Source: Fimicolochytrium jonesii (lineage: Eukaryota). From it: a stretch of 64,000 nt of DNA. The notes under the pieces are model-generated. The model did not search any database. It was not told the origin of the DNA and saw nothing but the letters and a program-made list of their open reading frames with translations. Made by a program: the position numbers and the translations under genes. Position 1 is the stretch's first letter. Every line of letters begins with the position of its first letter. The stretch lies in NCBI RefSeq assembly GCF_025526975.1, contig NW_026515672.1, positions 682,001 through 746,000 of the forward strand. The letters run 5' to 3'. Shown one piece after another: positions 39,001-50,792 of this stretch.

Positions 39001-41951
39001 TCAATCTATTTTGACTTGATGAAGAAGAAATAGGAAAGGAATTAGCGATTGTCCCCGGAGTGCCGTCGAGATGCCAGCATGCCACTTACCATTGCGATAG
39101 ATGCGCGAGACAAACTTGTCAGCGGCCCAATGGCCTACCGTACCCAGCAGCAGGAACAGCCCGACGCATAGTAACCCGATGTACCCAAAGTACCACGTCG
39201 TCTGGAAGAAGCCGTGCATTCTAGAAGGGACCCGACTTAGCATTTGTCGCCGAGAAGGAGTAGCGACAGTTTTAATCCCGGTGCACTCACTTTGTCTTGG
39301 TTACGAAGTAGTATATCGAGTACCCAAACACATACAGCGCTGTTGATCCGCTCGACAGGAATGATATCCAGTGCCACCGATGGTCTTCGTTGTTCAGGAG
39401 GAGGTCTGCAATAGACAAGGATATGACTTAAGCTCATACTCTAGCGCATGTGTACGCAGCGGCGAGCAACGCCACCAAGTAGACTTACATGTCGAGACGA
39501 TGGCGACGCAGGCCGTCACAAGCACTAGCATTACGAAAACAAGCTGGGTCCAAGAGTCAATCTTCGCTTTCCATCCGAATGTCTCTTCTAAACGCGATAG
39601 AACTTACGAAAAGGAACCCATACTACAAAATGGAATCGTTTCTCAGCCGGGGCGGGTTTCAATGAGAAAACATTCAATGCCGCTACTTACGACATAGTAT
39701 ATACGCAATGTCCAGAAAGACTGGAGATGGGAAGTATTCGAGGTCAGCCTTGACGTTCCGCCAGCGGAATCGGAAAACGGAAGGACGTACTTGGAAGACA
39801 AAGTAGAGCTCAATGAAAATAGACGCAAATGGGAACAAGCCTGCCAGCCCAATGATGGCGGCGGGTTGTGTATACCTAGGATCCAATGTCAGTCTCGATC
39901 CGTTCCCCGTCCTACATGGCCACAACATGACTCACCATATCTTGTCCGGGATCGGCCTTGGGATCGGGTTAACCCGACAGGGAAAGTTTGGCAGCTTTGT
40001 GAAGTTCTTGCCAACGACGTATCCGATAAAGGTCAACGGGAACACAACCAGAAGCCAGATGGCGATAATAGCAACCTGGTCGTCGAGAATGGTCAATGAG
40101 ACCCTCCAAGTACGCCACACCCTGTCTTCGGCCCTCACCATAGATCCGAACGGGATAGCCCTCGTCGATTGAATCGAGATCGCGGCAAAATTGACGATAT
40201 TTGCCACAATCGCAACGGTTGCTGGCCAAAACGCCGCCGTGAGGAACATCGTTCGGACCCAGTTGCGGCCACTGTAGCTGCTGAACGTGGCGGCACTCAC
40301 GTAGCCGCTCAGGAAGGACGTGAATGCATACAGGAATATGGTTGCCGTCAAGATGGTGGCCCGCCTAAAGTGTTGATCAGCAGGTACGCCTCATGGATGG
40401 AAAGACTGACGTGTTGTACGTACTCGAGGTACATGTCCCCTGCCATGGCCGAAACGATGATGGAGATTGCAAGGACGACCAACTGCACCCCTGTCCCTAT
40501 GAATGCCGATAGAACCGACAGTCTCGATGGAGCGCGGAACACATCGCCGTGCACTTGTTTCCACCCATATTCGTCCGCGAGGTCTCGATCCTGCAGCAAT
40601 TGTTAATGTCCCTAATAAAGCCAGAACGGCGTTGGACTCGAAACTCACCAGGTCCAAAAGACCTTGCTCGGAGTCATATCGCGCGTAGTCCCGTTTGAGG
40701 GTGCGAATCATAATGAGCGCAACCAAGCCAAAGAGGAACAGAACCATCATGAAGGAATTTGCGATTGAAAACCAATGAATCTGCGGGTGCGAGACGGTGA
40801 TCAGGAACACTAGCTCATGATTTGAGGTGGCGAGACCCTGGCAGTGTACCTTGTGCTCGAAGAAGTCCCTATCCAGGTACTTATTGAATCTGTTCTCGAA
40901 GGGCTCGTCCGTTTCCGTAAACGTGACGGAGTAGGTGAATGGCACTCGGAACACAGGATCCGCTGTCCCCTTTTCCGGCAGAGCCAAAGTGTCCCCCGTG
41001 GTAATCTACAATGATGCCGCATGAGGCTTCCGCAGCGCCAGCACTCCACAATGATGTCGTGCGTCCCGTTTACCTTTACATGAATGATCTGCATGTAGAA
41101 ATCTCAAGTTCAGTCTTGAATGCATCCGAGCACGCGACCACGCTCGGTTACGTACCCTATCATCGCGATAACTGATGTTGAAATGTCTATGTGTAAAGAA
41201 AGAGATGTTGTCTCCTTCCGCTTCGCCGACGTATGCTGATGTATCAATGCTCGCTGTCAGTACTGTGACATCAGGTGGCATGGAGTCAACCATTTACAGT
41301 TACCTCCTAGCGGCAGATCATCGACGAACATTTGATAGAAGTATTTGTTTTGAACTGCCTCCCGCAAGTCGTTAACATCGGCTCGCGACATCTCCTTTGT
41401 ACAGAACTCCGTCTTCAAGACATCCTCTGTCCAAATATGTTTCAATGTATGTCCAACGACCCGAACGTCCTTCGCGCACACGAACCTTTGAACTTTATAT
41501 CCACCCCGGCGTTCACCAGCTGCACGCCCAGAAGAGCTTCGCCTGCAAATCGTGCGTAAGCTTCCTGCGAAGTGTAGGTGAGTGTTTGTCGACGTTGCTT
41601 ACCCAGCGACTCATGTCTATGATGGACCTCCTTCGTCCCCACACAAAATGGGAGTGACAAGAAGTCATAACTTTCTTGCAGATTGTCATAAGGCCTGGCA
41701 CACAGTTCCACAGAGCGTTAGAGGGTATGACGACCCGGTGGCTCCCGTTCGAACGTTGCGCTGCTCACCCTACTGTCGAGAACCATAGGACCACTTCCTC
41801 GCCGTCGGTGTACTGTGGATAGTGCTATTAGCGGAATGCGGATGGCTCCAGCAGGCATACTGAACCACCAAGTTACCTTGTGCGAGTGTTCGTCCGCCCT
41901 TGCTGTGCATACCAATGCGCCCAGAAGAGCTAGTGCCGGCAACCACCGCAT
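39001..41951 (-). CDS. Transmembrane 9 superfamily / endomembrane protein 70, many exons
   Basis: Signal peptide, [50 protein letters not shown]-terminal VKID. Confidence 0.93.
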
Positions 41952-42172
41952 GCCGACCCGTTCTCAATGCTAATGACTGCAAGTGATCTCTTGAGGGGAT
42001 TGCGGAAAGCGCGTCGACCTGTCCTCCTCCCAATTGTGGATTTGCAGCTTTGCCCAAAGTTCGACTGCAAGACAGTGTGTTTCTTTTTGGATTGCTGCAG
42101 AGCCTTAGTATTCTCAGTATCGATGCAGGCGTTGGCAGCAGTGGCAACCTCAGGCAGAATTCCGCTCTAGCA

Positions 42173-45100
42173 ATGATTTCCACCACCGTTCTGGTTTCCT
42201 ACCTCCTAGTTCTTTCGGTCGGAGTTTTCTTGGTTGATATCGCTCGAAGAAGGTCAGTCATGAATGCGTTCCGCCAAACGTACGGTAGAGGGCCATGCCT
42301 CACATTGTTCCGTCCCTGGATGCAGCTGGATTGCGTTCGGTCATTACATGCAAGACCGGTGGGGCCGAATTATTCACCTGGAATGTTTTTATTGCAACGA
42401 AACCTCGGCCCTGCCTGGACCAACTGCTAGGATAAACTCGTCCAATATTTACGGTGGCGGCCCTAGAGAGGGGGCGGCAGTTGATGCGGAGAAGCTTAGA
42501 CCCACTTTTGATGCCACGGGGAGGGTGGAGAAGTGGTTCTGTCGTTTGTGTGAGTCCTGGAATATTTATGACGAGGTAGGTCACTGACGAACACTGAGAT
42601 AATTTTTGTCAAATACGATGGAGACCTCATATCAATCCTCTATTGCAGGATGGCAGTATCTCGTCATATATCCCAGAAATGCGTACGGGGAACTCCCATA
42701 ACCCTCGGACATCCGTAGCGCCGTCCATGCCGGACAAACATTCGAAGGCAACAGATCACGTATTTTGTCAGGATTGCGTGAGGCACCAGTCGCTGCTTCT
42801 GGAAGCAGTGTCACGGTATCTCCCAGACGATGACGATCCAAACTTCGATGATCGACTTGCGGAATACGCGGACCACAAGCGATATTTAGAAAAACGATAC
42901 CCACCTGTGTGCGACGTATGCGCGAGGAGAGTAGAGGTGGAATTGAAAAAGCAGGAAAGCAGGCTGAAAGGGATTCTGAGATCGCCCAGCGGTTCTCCGC
43001 AGAAACCAAAGGATGTGGATGACGATGAACGAGTGGGGAAACCTACTCTTCATAGATCCCAAGCCCACCCGCCATCGTTGGGTCTTCTCTCTCGCTTCGG
43101 CGGTGGCGCGACATTGATAGGCGCCAGCCTCCTTGGGGTGACATGCTTGGCCTATTGGACGCGCGTTTTCTACGAAGGGCTTTGGCGAGGTAGAGTACAG
43201 TCTCAGCTCGGCATCGGCCTTTGGAATGTAACTGAACTGCGATTCATCTACATAGATATGGACGGTCTACATTCGACGTTGGACGGAAGAAATCTACAAG
43301 CATGGGTGCGGTGGCCGTCGACTGGCATGGCGGACATGTTCTCAAACATGCTCTCCGGCGCACTTTCCAGTTGCGCGACATCGATACCATACAATGACAG
43401 CTGTGATGAGGTCTTCCTCAGTCACTCTACGCAAATGATCCTCCAAACAGCTGTCGTTGCATTTGTCTTTGCGGAAACGGATGCGTTTCTTCAAGAACAG
43501 CGACGAACCATATTGAAATCGAGGCGGAGGTACTTCGGAACGAAAGGCAGTCCTGGTGCTATCCTGGTCTTGATAATGGACCGGCTTCTGGGTTTCATCA
43601 CCATGGCGGGCAAAGACAGGCCGCATCTGTCGCGAATTACTGCAGCTGTGTATCTGTGCGTCACCGTCATGATGTTCCGCCGAGCGGTCGGTGTACTGCA
43701 GGAGTTCCTGGTTCCGCGTAAGCATGAACACCGGCGGCGGAGAGCGGGCTACGTGCGTGATGCTGGTCGGTCTGAACCCCTGCTTTCGAAACCTGTCTCG
43801 CAGGAGTCAGCGCGCCCGTCATCAGGGTCACCAAGCTTCGATCGTGCCGATTCGGCAGTTGAACTCTTCGCCGAAGAAAGCGAATCTTCCGGCTGGAGCC
43901 CGACTTCGCAAAGAAGCCAGCATGCCCCCATGCGCCCAGGGAATATAGGAAGATCGTCAACCCCCTTCAACGCCAGGAAAAGCTCGCTCTTCGACCTTTC
44001 GGAGCTCAGTTTAAGCATGGGGACACCTTCAATAACACAGCGCGTCAAGGAAGAACGCGAAAATATCCCGAGCCCGGTTGCTTTCGGTTCTAGCCGGTCG
44101 TTCGGCGCCTTCAGTCTCGACACCGCAAATAAACCTCGCCAACCATCCCATCAGTCACCACGGTTGCAGCGAAACCCATTCGAATCAGTCCGGGGGAATT
44201 CGTTGACCACACCTGCGCCATTCGTGAATCAACGAACCTGGCCAATCAAGCGGGAAGTCTCCCCAGACGCGTCACAACATGTGCTGCAACCGTGGTCGAG
44301 CTGGCGGACCCAACAGCAGCAGCCTGCGAACGCTTTTACGCAACCGAAAAGTTGGAAAAATGCATCGCAATCCAACTTCCAGCAAAATTCTGGAGTGTTT
44401 GGAAGCTCATCGACGCGGGGGCTAGAGCAGCGCCGATCACCGTTTGCTCAGTCAACGTTCCAGCAGTCTCAGTCATTTGCAGCCGCACCCAGCACTCCTG
44501 CCAAGCGACCTCTGCGGTTCGGAGAGCGGCTTCCCGCTTCGTATGCGCCCAACAAGAAAACGGACGACGAGCTCTCACAAATTTCGCTTTCCCCTCAGAC
44601 GTTCTTCCCAAAGGATGAAGACACGGGATTGGAAGATTTGTTTACAACCACTTTTCGCCTGAAGGAGGACAACATCATCACCCATTCGCTGAACGCATCC
44701 TTCAATACCAACTTGAATGGTCGTCAACGAGTGGCACAGAGATTCCTAGTGATTGCATCGCCTATTGGCCTTCTTGCTTCGTGGCTGGTAGGTTTGAGAC
44801 GCGAACGAGGGCGCTTTGATACGTTTTCACAGGGGGAAGATTCACTCACTTCGCCAAACTTACACTCTCTGTTGATCAGGTTTGGTCCAACGTGGCGTAC
44901 GTACCCTTGCTTGTAACGGCAGCATATCACCTTATTGCCTTCGAACGCCTGTGCTCGACGAACAAACGCCAACGCGCGCCGCGCAACCACTTCACAGCCC
45001 CGGCCCGGCTAGCACAAAGTGCAGTGGATACTCAGGGATCCTCCCTTTTTACGACTAATGTGAGTTTTGGGGTGTCGGTCACCGCTTTATGTTCACCCTC

Positions 45101-45425
45101 ATACTGAGACATTTTTCAATCCTTTAAGCGCATCTTGGTCGGCATGATCGTCTTCCGCATTTTGTTGGCCTTCCTTTGCCAGCTCTATCCTCTACTCCTG
45201 CATCTCACACATCAGCACCCGCAGAATGATACGTACGAGCCCCTGATCTTCAACGCCCACTCGACGTTCACTCCGTCGCCACTCCTAGATGGAGGTCCTG
45301 AACCAGGCTGCAACATTGCGTTGGTCAGTGTTCCGAACCCCTTCCTGCTCAGTTTGGATCTGTTGATCGCATCACTAGCAGTGATGTGGGAGCCAGCGCC
45401 GTCCCGTCCTTTTGAGCATATCTGA
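42173..45425 (+). CDS. IMA1: Inner nuclear membrane protein Ima1 (Ima1_N Cys-rich domain), multi-exon
   Basis: CFYCN...WFCRLCE...FCQDC.RHQ...YLP...LEKRYPPVCDVC; FFPKDEDTGLEDLF; TM segments. Confidence 0.8.
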
Positions 45426-45629
45426 TCAACATCCTTTGGAATTGAATTCGATGGGAAAGGAGGCGCCTCGCAGAAATATACCGGCCTTCTACACATCATT
45501 GTAAACAGATACCCCTCCTTCGGAGAACAATTTTGATATCATCCTTCAAATATGGCGCATTCGTTCGTGATACACATCGGCATACTCAAAGCATGTTCCA
45601 TCGCATTTCATTCATATAATATATGCTCA

Positions 45630-47445
45630 CTACTGATCCTTCTTCACAAACTCCTCTCGTCGCTCAAAAGCGATGTAGCTGGGCTTCTTCGGCATAACAA
45701 TCAAGCACGTGAAATCCATCGGTGGGAAGATGTTTTTCCCCTCGGCATCCTTCATCAGCTGATGCCTGAATTCCCTCACAAACAGCGCAATGATAGTCTT
45801 GATCTGCACATACGCAAACGCTTCGCCAATACACCTGTGCCTTCCTGCACCGAAGGGTAAGAAGTTGGACCGCGCCGATTTTTGCGCAATGTCCACGCCG
45901 TTGATCGTCCACTCTGCTGATCCTTCATCCGCAGACGCGGTGAACCTCGTTGGGTCGAACTTCTCGGGGTCAGGGAAGCGAGCGGGGTCCATTTGCGAGA
46001 CGGCAGGGGAACCGGCGATGAAGTGACCGGCGGGGATGGTGTAGCCTTTGTACTTCACGTCCCGCATGACGAGGCGCATGATGGTGTGGATTGGCGGGTG
46101 CAGTCGCAGGGATTCCTTCATCACGCCGTCGAGGTAGGTGAACTTGCGGAGCTCCTCGTAGGTGAAGTCGGGGAGTTCGTGTGGTGGGGTGTCGGGTTTT
46201 CCAGTCAGGACTTCCGATTGCTCCTTGAGAATCTCATCACTGAAAAAAGTAAGAGTCAATACTCCGACTCAGCTCCATAGCAACCTACATTCATCTACAG
46301 ATGGAGCGGAACTCACATGACATGCGGGTTGTTGGCAAGTTCGAAGATGATCCACGACACAGTGGTAGAACTAGTGTGTTGACCAGCCATCAACGCAGCA
46401 ATCAGCATGTGTGCAATGGCCTTGTCCGACATTTTGGTTCCATCACGGTAGACACCCTCCATCAAAGACTGCAAAATGTCCTTGTTCTCAAAGTCCTCTC
46501 TCTTTCGGCGCTCCTGCAGGATCTTCAAGAACGTCTCGGTCATGATCTTGTTGGCACGATCACGGGCAAAGTACGCCGGCAGAGGCAACCATTTGAAGAA
46601 CACGTTGATCGGCTGGAAGCCTTGGTCGAGGTCGTGGTATAGTTTCGCGACGTTCGAATGCAGCTGCTGTCGGATCTCCTTTCCGAGGAGACAGTGTGAT
46701 GCTGTTCGGATGGTCAGCTCAGCCATATCCGGGAAGAGCTCGTGTTGCGCAGACTTGTTGGGCCACTCCTTGAAGAAGGCGCGGGTCTCCTCCATGATAA
46801 TGGGGACATATGATTTGAAGGCGTCGGTGGTCAGAGCGTCCTTGATGAACCTGAGACATGGAGAACAGTGATTGGTGAGTACGGAAATTCCACATGTAGC
46901 TACTTAGAACCACCACGCTCATACTTTTTCTGCTGCATGAATACCGCGTTATCGACATCGTAAACCACTTCGTCGCCAAAGACCGGGACGGTAAGCTTGT
47001 CATATGCGCCTTCCGCAGTGGCGTCCGCCAATTTGACGTTGAACAGGAAGTGGTTTCCGTCCGGATTCAACACCGCTGTGATCTTACGGCCCATCATCGT
47101 GAAAGTGAAACAGTCTCCATGCTATTGTGAAAGGGCGTCAATAACAGTCGATGCACGTCAAAGTGAAAATTCCCATATTACCTGCTGCTCCTGCTTTTGT
47201 AAAAACTTGACGGGCTGAACGCCAAACGCTACTGCCTGGCCCAAAATCGGCACAGTGTGCGATACGACGGGTGGGAGGACGCGGTCCTTCTCCTGGCTGT
47301 TGTTCTCACGGCCCGACGACATGACGATGACGAGGAACATGAGAGCAAAGAGTCCGCCATACATGTACAGCTTGTCGTTCGGCATGCTGATCAGCCTCGA
47401 GGTCAGGTCAGACATTGTCTGGTTTAGCGTTATGGCGAAGTCCAT
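45630..47445 (-). CDS. CYP51: Sterol 14-alpha demethylase, multi-exon
   Basis: AYDKLTVPVFG, LYHDLDQGF.PIN, LMAGQHTS, KESLRLHPP, LPFGAGRHRCIGE. Confidence 0.96.
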
Positions 47446-48258
47446 TTTGCCGAGTGGAATGCTTGGGAAACAGCAGGGTGCCAAAGAATGGGACACACGC
47501 ACTATCGGTGGGTGTCGTTGCCGATTGATTCCTACTCTACTCTGAGCTGAGACCACAGCTTTTCACCAAGGGCGAGGGTTGGCAGCCTCCTGCTCGATAT
47601 TTGTAGGGTTTTCATGGCGGTCCAGATACTCCACCTCGTTACTTCATCACACTTTGGGAAAAGTGAGGCCACTCGATAACAGGACCACTGCGCTGAATCA
47701 TCCTACCCTTCCATCACACTCATCCATGTGCGACCTAGTATGCGGTAGATACCAGCCCAAGTCCGGGAAGTCGTGGGAGCTATCTGTTGCAAGTCCGTCT
47801 CACAACTGTGGGTCCTAGTGGCGCCACTTTGCTCTCATCACGCCAGTCCAACTGCTCCGCGCGCAACGCGTTCAAATGCAGGCTGCGCACTCCGTATTCG
47901 CGTATATATATAACGGGAATCAACAGGCTTTCTCCCAAGACTGTACAGTACAGCTATAATAACGTTGGGTTGGAGATTTCTGCTGCGTTGTGGTGAATTT
48001 GAAGATTGCCGGACCTCAGCTCCGTTCCCGTCCCCGACCCCGTCCCCGACCCCGCCCCATCCGCATGCCCGTGTTCGTCCTTGTGCTCGTCCTTGTTCCC
48101 GCTTGGGCTTCGGCTCACCTACCTCGCTCTTCAAGTGGCATCGGTGTAATAAGAGTGTATTGTGGTAAGAGGGCAGGCTGCCATCTAGTAGATATCTAGA
48201 TGCATGTAGCCCTCATTTTTCATTCAACCGCATTACAACCCAACTGCATTACAACCAC

Positions 48259-49064
48259 CTTTACCATTCTCCATTCCAAGTTATGAGTGACCAGTAAAGC
48301 ATGCATAACCTGCATGCGGAAGCTAGCCAGACAGACTCGGAGATGAAAGAACGGTAAGAGCGTCGTACCTGGGAAAAGTGGGGCATCGGCCAAATTCCTT
48401 TTACTGTTCTCCATTCCAAGTTACGTGTGGCTACGCTGGTTGCAGGAATCCCTGCGGTGCATCAGCCAGACGGACTCGGATATGGAAGGACAGTAAAAAC
48501 ATCGGCGGCATAGCAAAGGATGAGCTTTACAATTCTCCATTCCAAGTTATGCGTGGTTGACGATGGCAGAGATATCTGCGCGCGTTGACAGCCAGACGGA
48601 CTCGGATATGAAAGAACTGTAAAGAGACATCCATTGTTGGGCTGCAGTGGCCGCCCTGAGCCTTTACAATTCTCCATTCCAAGTTATGCGTGGCTATGGT
48701 AGTGGCAGGAGAGCCTGCACGCGTATCTATAGCCAGACTGACTCGGATATGAAAGAACTGTAAAAGACCGCGGACGGCAGCTCTTCTTCCCACGAGTGCC
48801 TTTACAGTTCTCCATTCCAAGTTATGTGTAGCTATGCGGACGGCAGAAAAACCTGCGCATGTATCGATAGCCAGACAGACTCGGATATGAAAGAACTGTA
48901 AGATTCGTGGGAAAATTGGGCCTGGGAAAATCGCGTCCCAAGTTGACTATCGGGACGCTTTACCATTCTCCGCTCCAAGTTATGCGTTGTGCCTGGGCTC
49001 CGAGCGTATTCCCAGGAGCGTTGAGGCTGCAAGGCAGAACCCGGATGCGAGAAAACAGTAAAGC
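48259..49064. repeat. Array of six ~100-nt imperfect hairpin units with unique spacers (candidate structured ncRNA cluster)
   Basis: Each unit is TTTAC-NN-TTCTCCATTCCAAGTTA...AGCCAGACNGACTCGGATATGAAAGAAC-N-GTAA; units at about 48261-48357, 48399-48498, 48525-48624, 48663-48764, 48802-48901 and 48957-49064 (degenerate). Confidence 0.9.
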
Positions 49065-49261
49065 CGGCGCACGTCAACGATATCCGATTTTACCATCGCG
49101 AGATGCCCGGCTCGGTTCCAAGAGATGAGCTGAGACTGGACGCTACTGCAAAGCTTTGACGTCCATCCAGCACCACCACAAGCCTTGGGACGACCGAATG
49201 GTACTCGAGTGGTGGGGGCGGGCGAGGTTTGGAGTTTACAGATGAGGCAGGATGGGCGACT

Positions 49262-49271
49262 CCTTTTATAA
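49262..49271 (-). promoter_or_regulatory. Putative TATA box (TATAAAAG) pointing toward the hairpin array
   Basis: ccttttataa reads TTATAAAAGG on the minus strand, in an otherwise GC-rich context. Confidence 0.4.
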
Positions 49272-49826
49272 CCGCAGAGCGAGCTGGCGGGCCAGCTGGG
49301 GGTATGGACGTCCCCCAAGCGACACAGCCGGGCCTGGCACGACGTTGGAAGGCCGAAGAAGAAAGGACCTTGGCAAAGGGCGCGCGCAAAGTGATTGCGA
49401 GCGGAAAGGGGGCGAGAAAAGCACCCCCCCATCCGCTCGCTCTTTCCCCCTTTTCTCCCAGGGCCATATTGCACAGCAGCACAGGCCCGAATTTCAAGTC
49501 TCAAAGAGGCCTAACGCGTTTGTGCTCGGTGACGTGTTCCGGTGGAAGGTCACGTGGACGACACGCTGTCGAATTCTGGTCAGTTTATTTTGGGAGGAAG
49601 TTCCGCCTTGTCGAAGCCCTGCCAACCCATTTATAGCTTGTCCAAATACACAGTCGAAATCTTTGATGTTCGGACATTCATACGTATGAGGCGGAAAGCT
49701 TAGTTGAGATTCTCCATAAAAGTCTGCGTCTCCCCAGGCGCGCCCGCTTCATTATACGAAAAATCCACAACGAATACCTCTGGCATCCTCCTAATCTTCG
49801 TTCAATCAGATTCATATTCCCTCAGC

Positions 49827-50443
49827 ATGTCTCAAAACTGCGGCAAGTGTGAAAAGGCGGTGTACCCCACCGAGAAAATTGAAGCAGCGTCTAAGTGGTA
49901 CCACAAGGTGGCGTAGACTTGCGACGCCTTCCTTAGCCTTCACCAAATGCTGACCGTATTCTCTCGGACACTCTAGGGGTGCTTTAAATGCAGTGACCCA
50001 AATTGCAACATCCAGCTGAATCTGAAGACCTTCAAAGCAGTGAACGATCAAATTTGGTGTCAGAAACACACTCCGCAGCCCAAAGCGACGTCAGTCGCGG
50101 ACTCGGTGTCGGTCCTGCACGCCATGCATGCCCCGAAAAAGACCGCGGAAGGCTTGCACAAGACAACTGTGGGAACTGGTGAAACTCCACAGTACGGGTT
50201 GGACACGCTGCAGACGCAGCATGCCTTGTTGACTCCCGTAAGTTCAAAAGATGATTCACTCCTGTACGAAATCTTACTGACCGTCCTATCACTCGCCAAC
50301 AGAAAAAGTCAATCGAGAATTTGGGAAACATTCAGAAGGGTGATGCCACGACTCCTCGGTCCGCACAAGCCCAACCGAAATCTGCTGATGCTCAGGGCCA
50401 AAATCAGGGCCAGCAGGTTGAGCATGAGGAGATCCAAGTATAG
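49827..50443 (+). CDS. Single LIM-domain protein (LASP/LimE-like), 3 exons
   Basis: CGKCEKAVYPTEKI...WYHK|GCFKC..C...L.LKTF...WCQKHTPQPK. Confidence 0.85.
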
Positions 50444-50792
50444 AGTACCGGTGCAACTAGTCCAGTTCTTTCTATAAACCGCCATAGCTATAGGAGCCTT
50501 TCTTATCAATCGCCCTCATGTCTGTTGCTGTAATACAAATACCCGATTTTTTCGATAGCCGTTTACAATTCTTCCATATCTGGTGTGCACATGAGTTTGG
50601 GAGCGTGGGGGACGTGCCGCGAAGATGTTTGTGGAAAAACGTGCATCGGAAAGATTGCAGATATTGAATGGCACTAAGGGGGATACTTCAAGTGTATGTA
50701 CAAGTAAGAAATGAACAAAACTGATGAATGAAACTATGCGATGCTACTCTGCGGAATATATTTCATCTCTGGGCGATCAGGTAGTCAATCGC

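Noticed and set aside
47837..47846. SRE-like ATCACGCCAG upstream of CYP51
   Set aside because: A single imperfect short match; not supportable without conservation data
48259..49064. Canonical CRISPR array
   Set aside because: The host is eukaryotic, there are no cas genes, the repeats are ~100 nt with variable interiors, and the spacers are irregular and partly self-complementary
48220..49077. Short minus-strand ORFs with repeated THNLEWR / FFHIRV peptides
   Set aside because: They are translations of the DNA repeat; unit periods are mostly not multiples of 3 and frames break, so a repeat protein is unlikely
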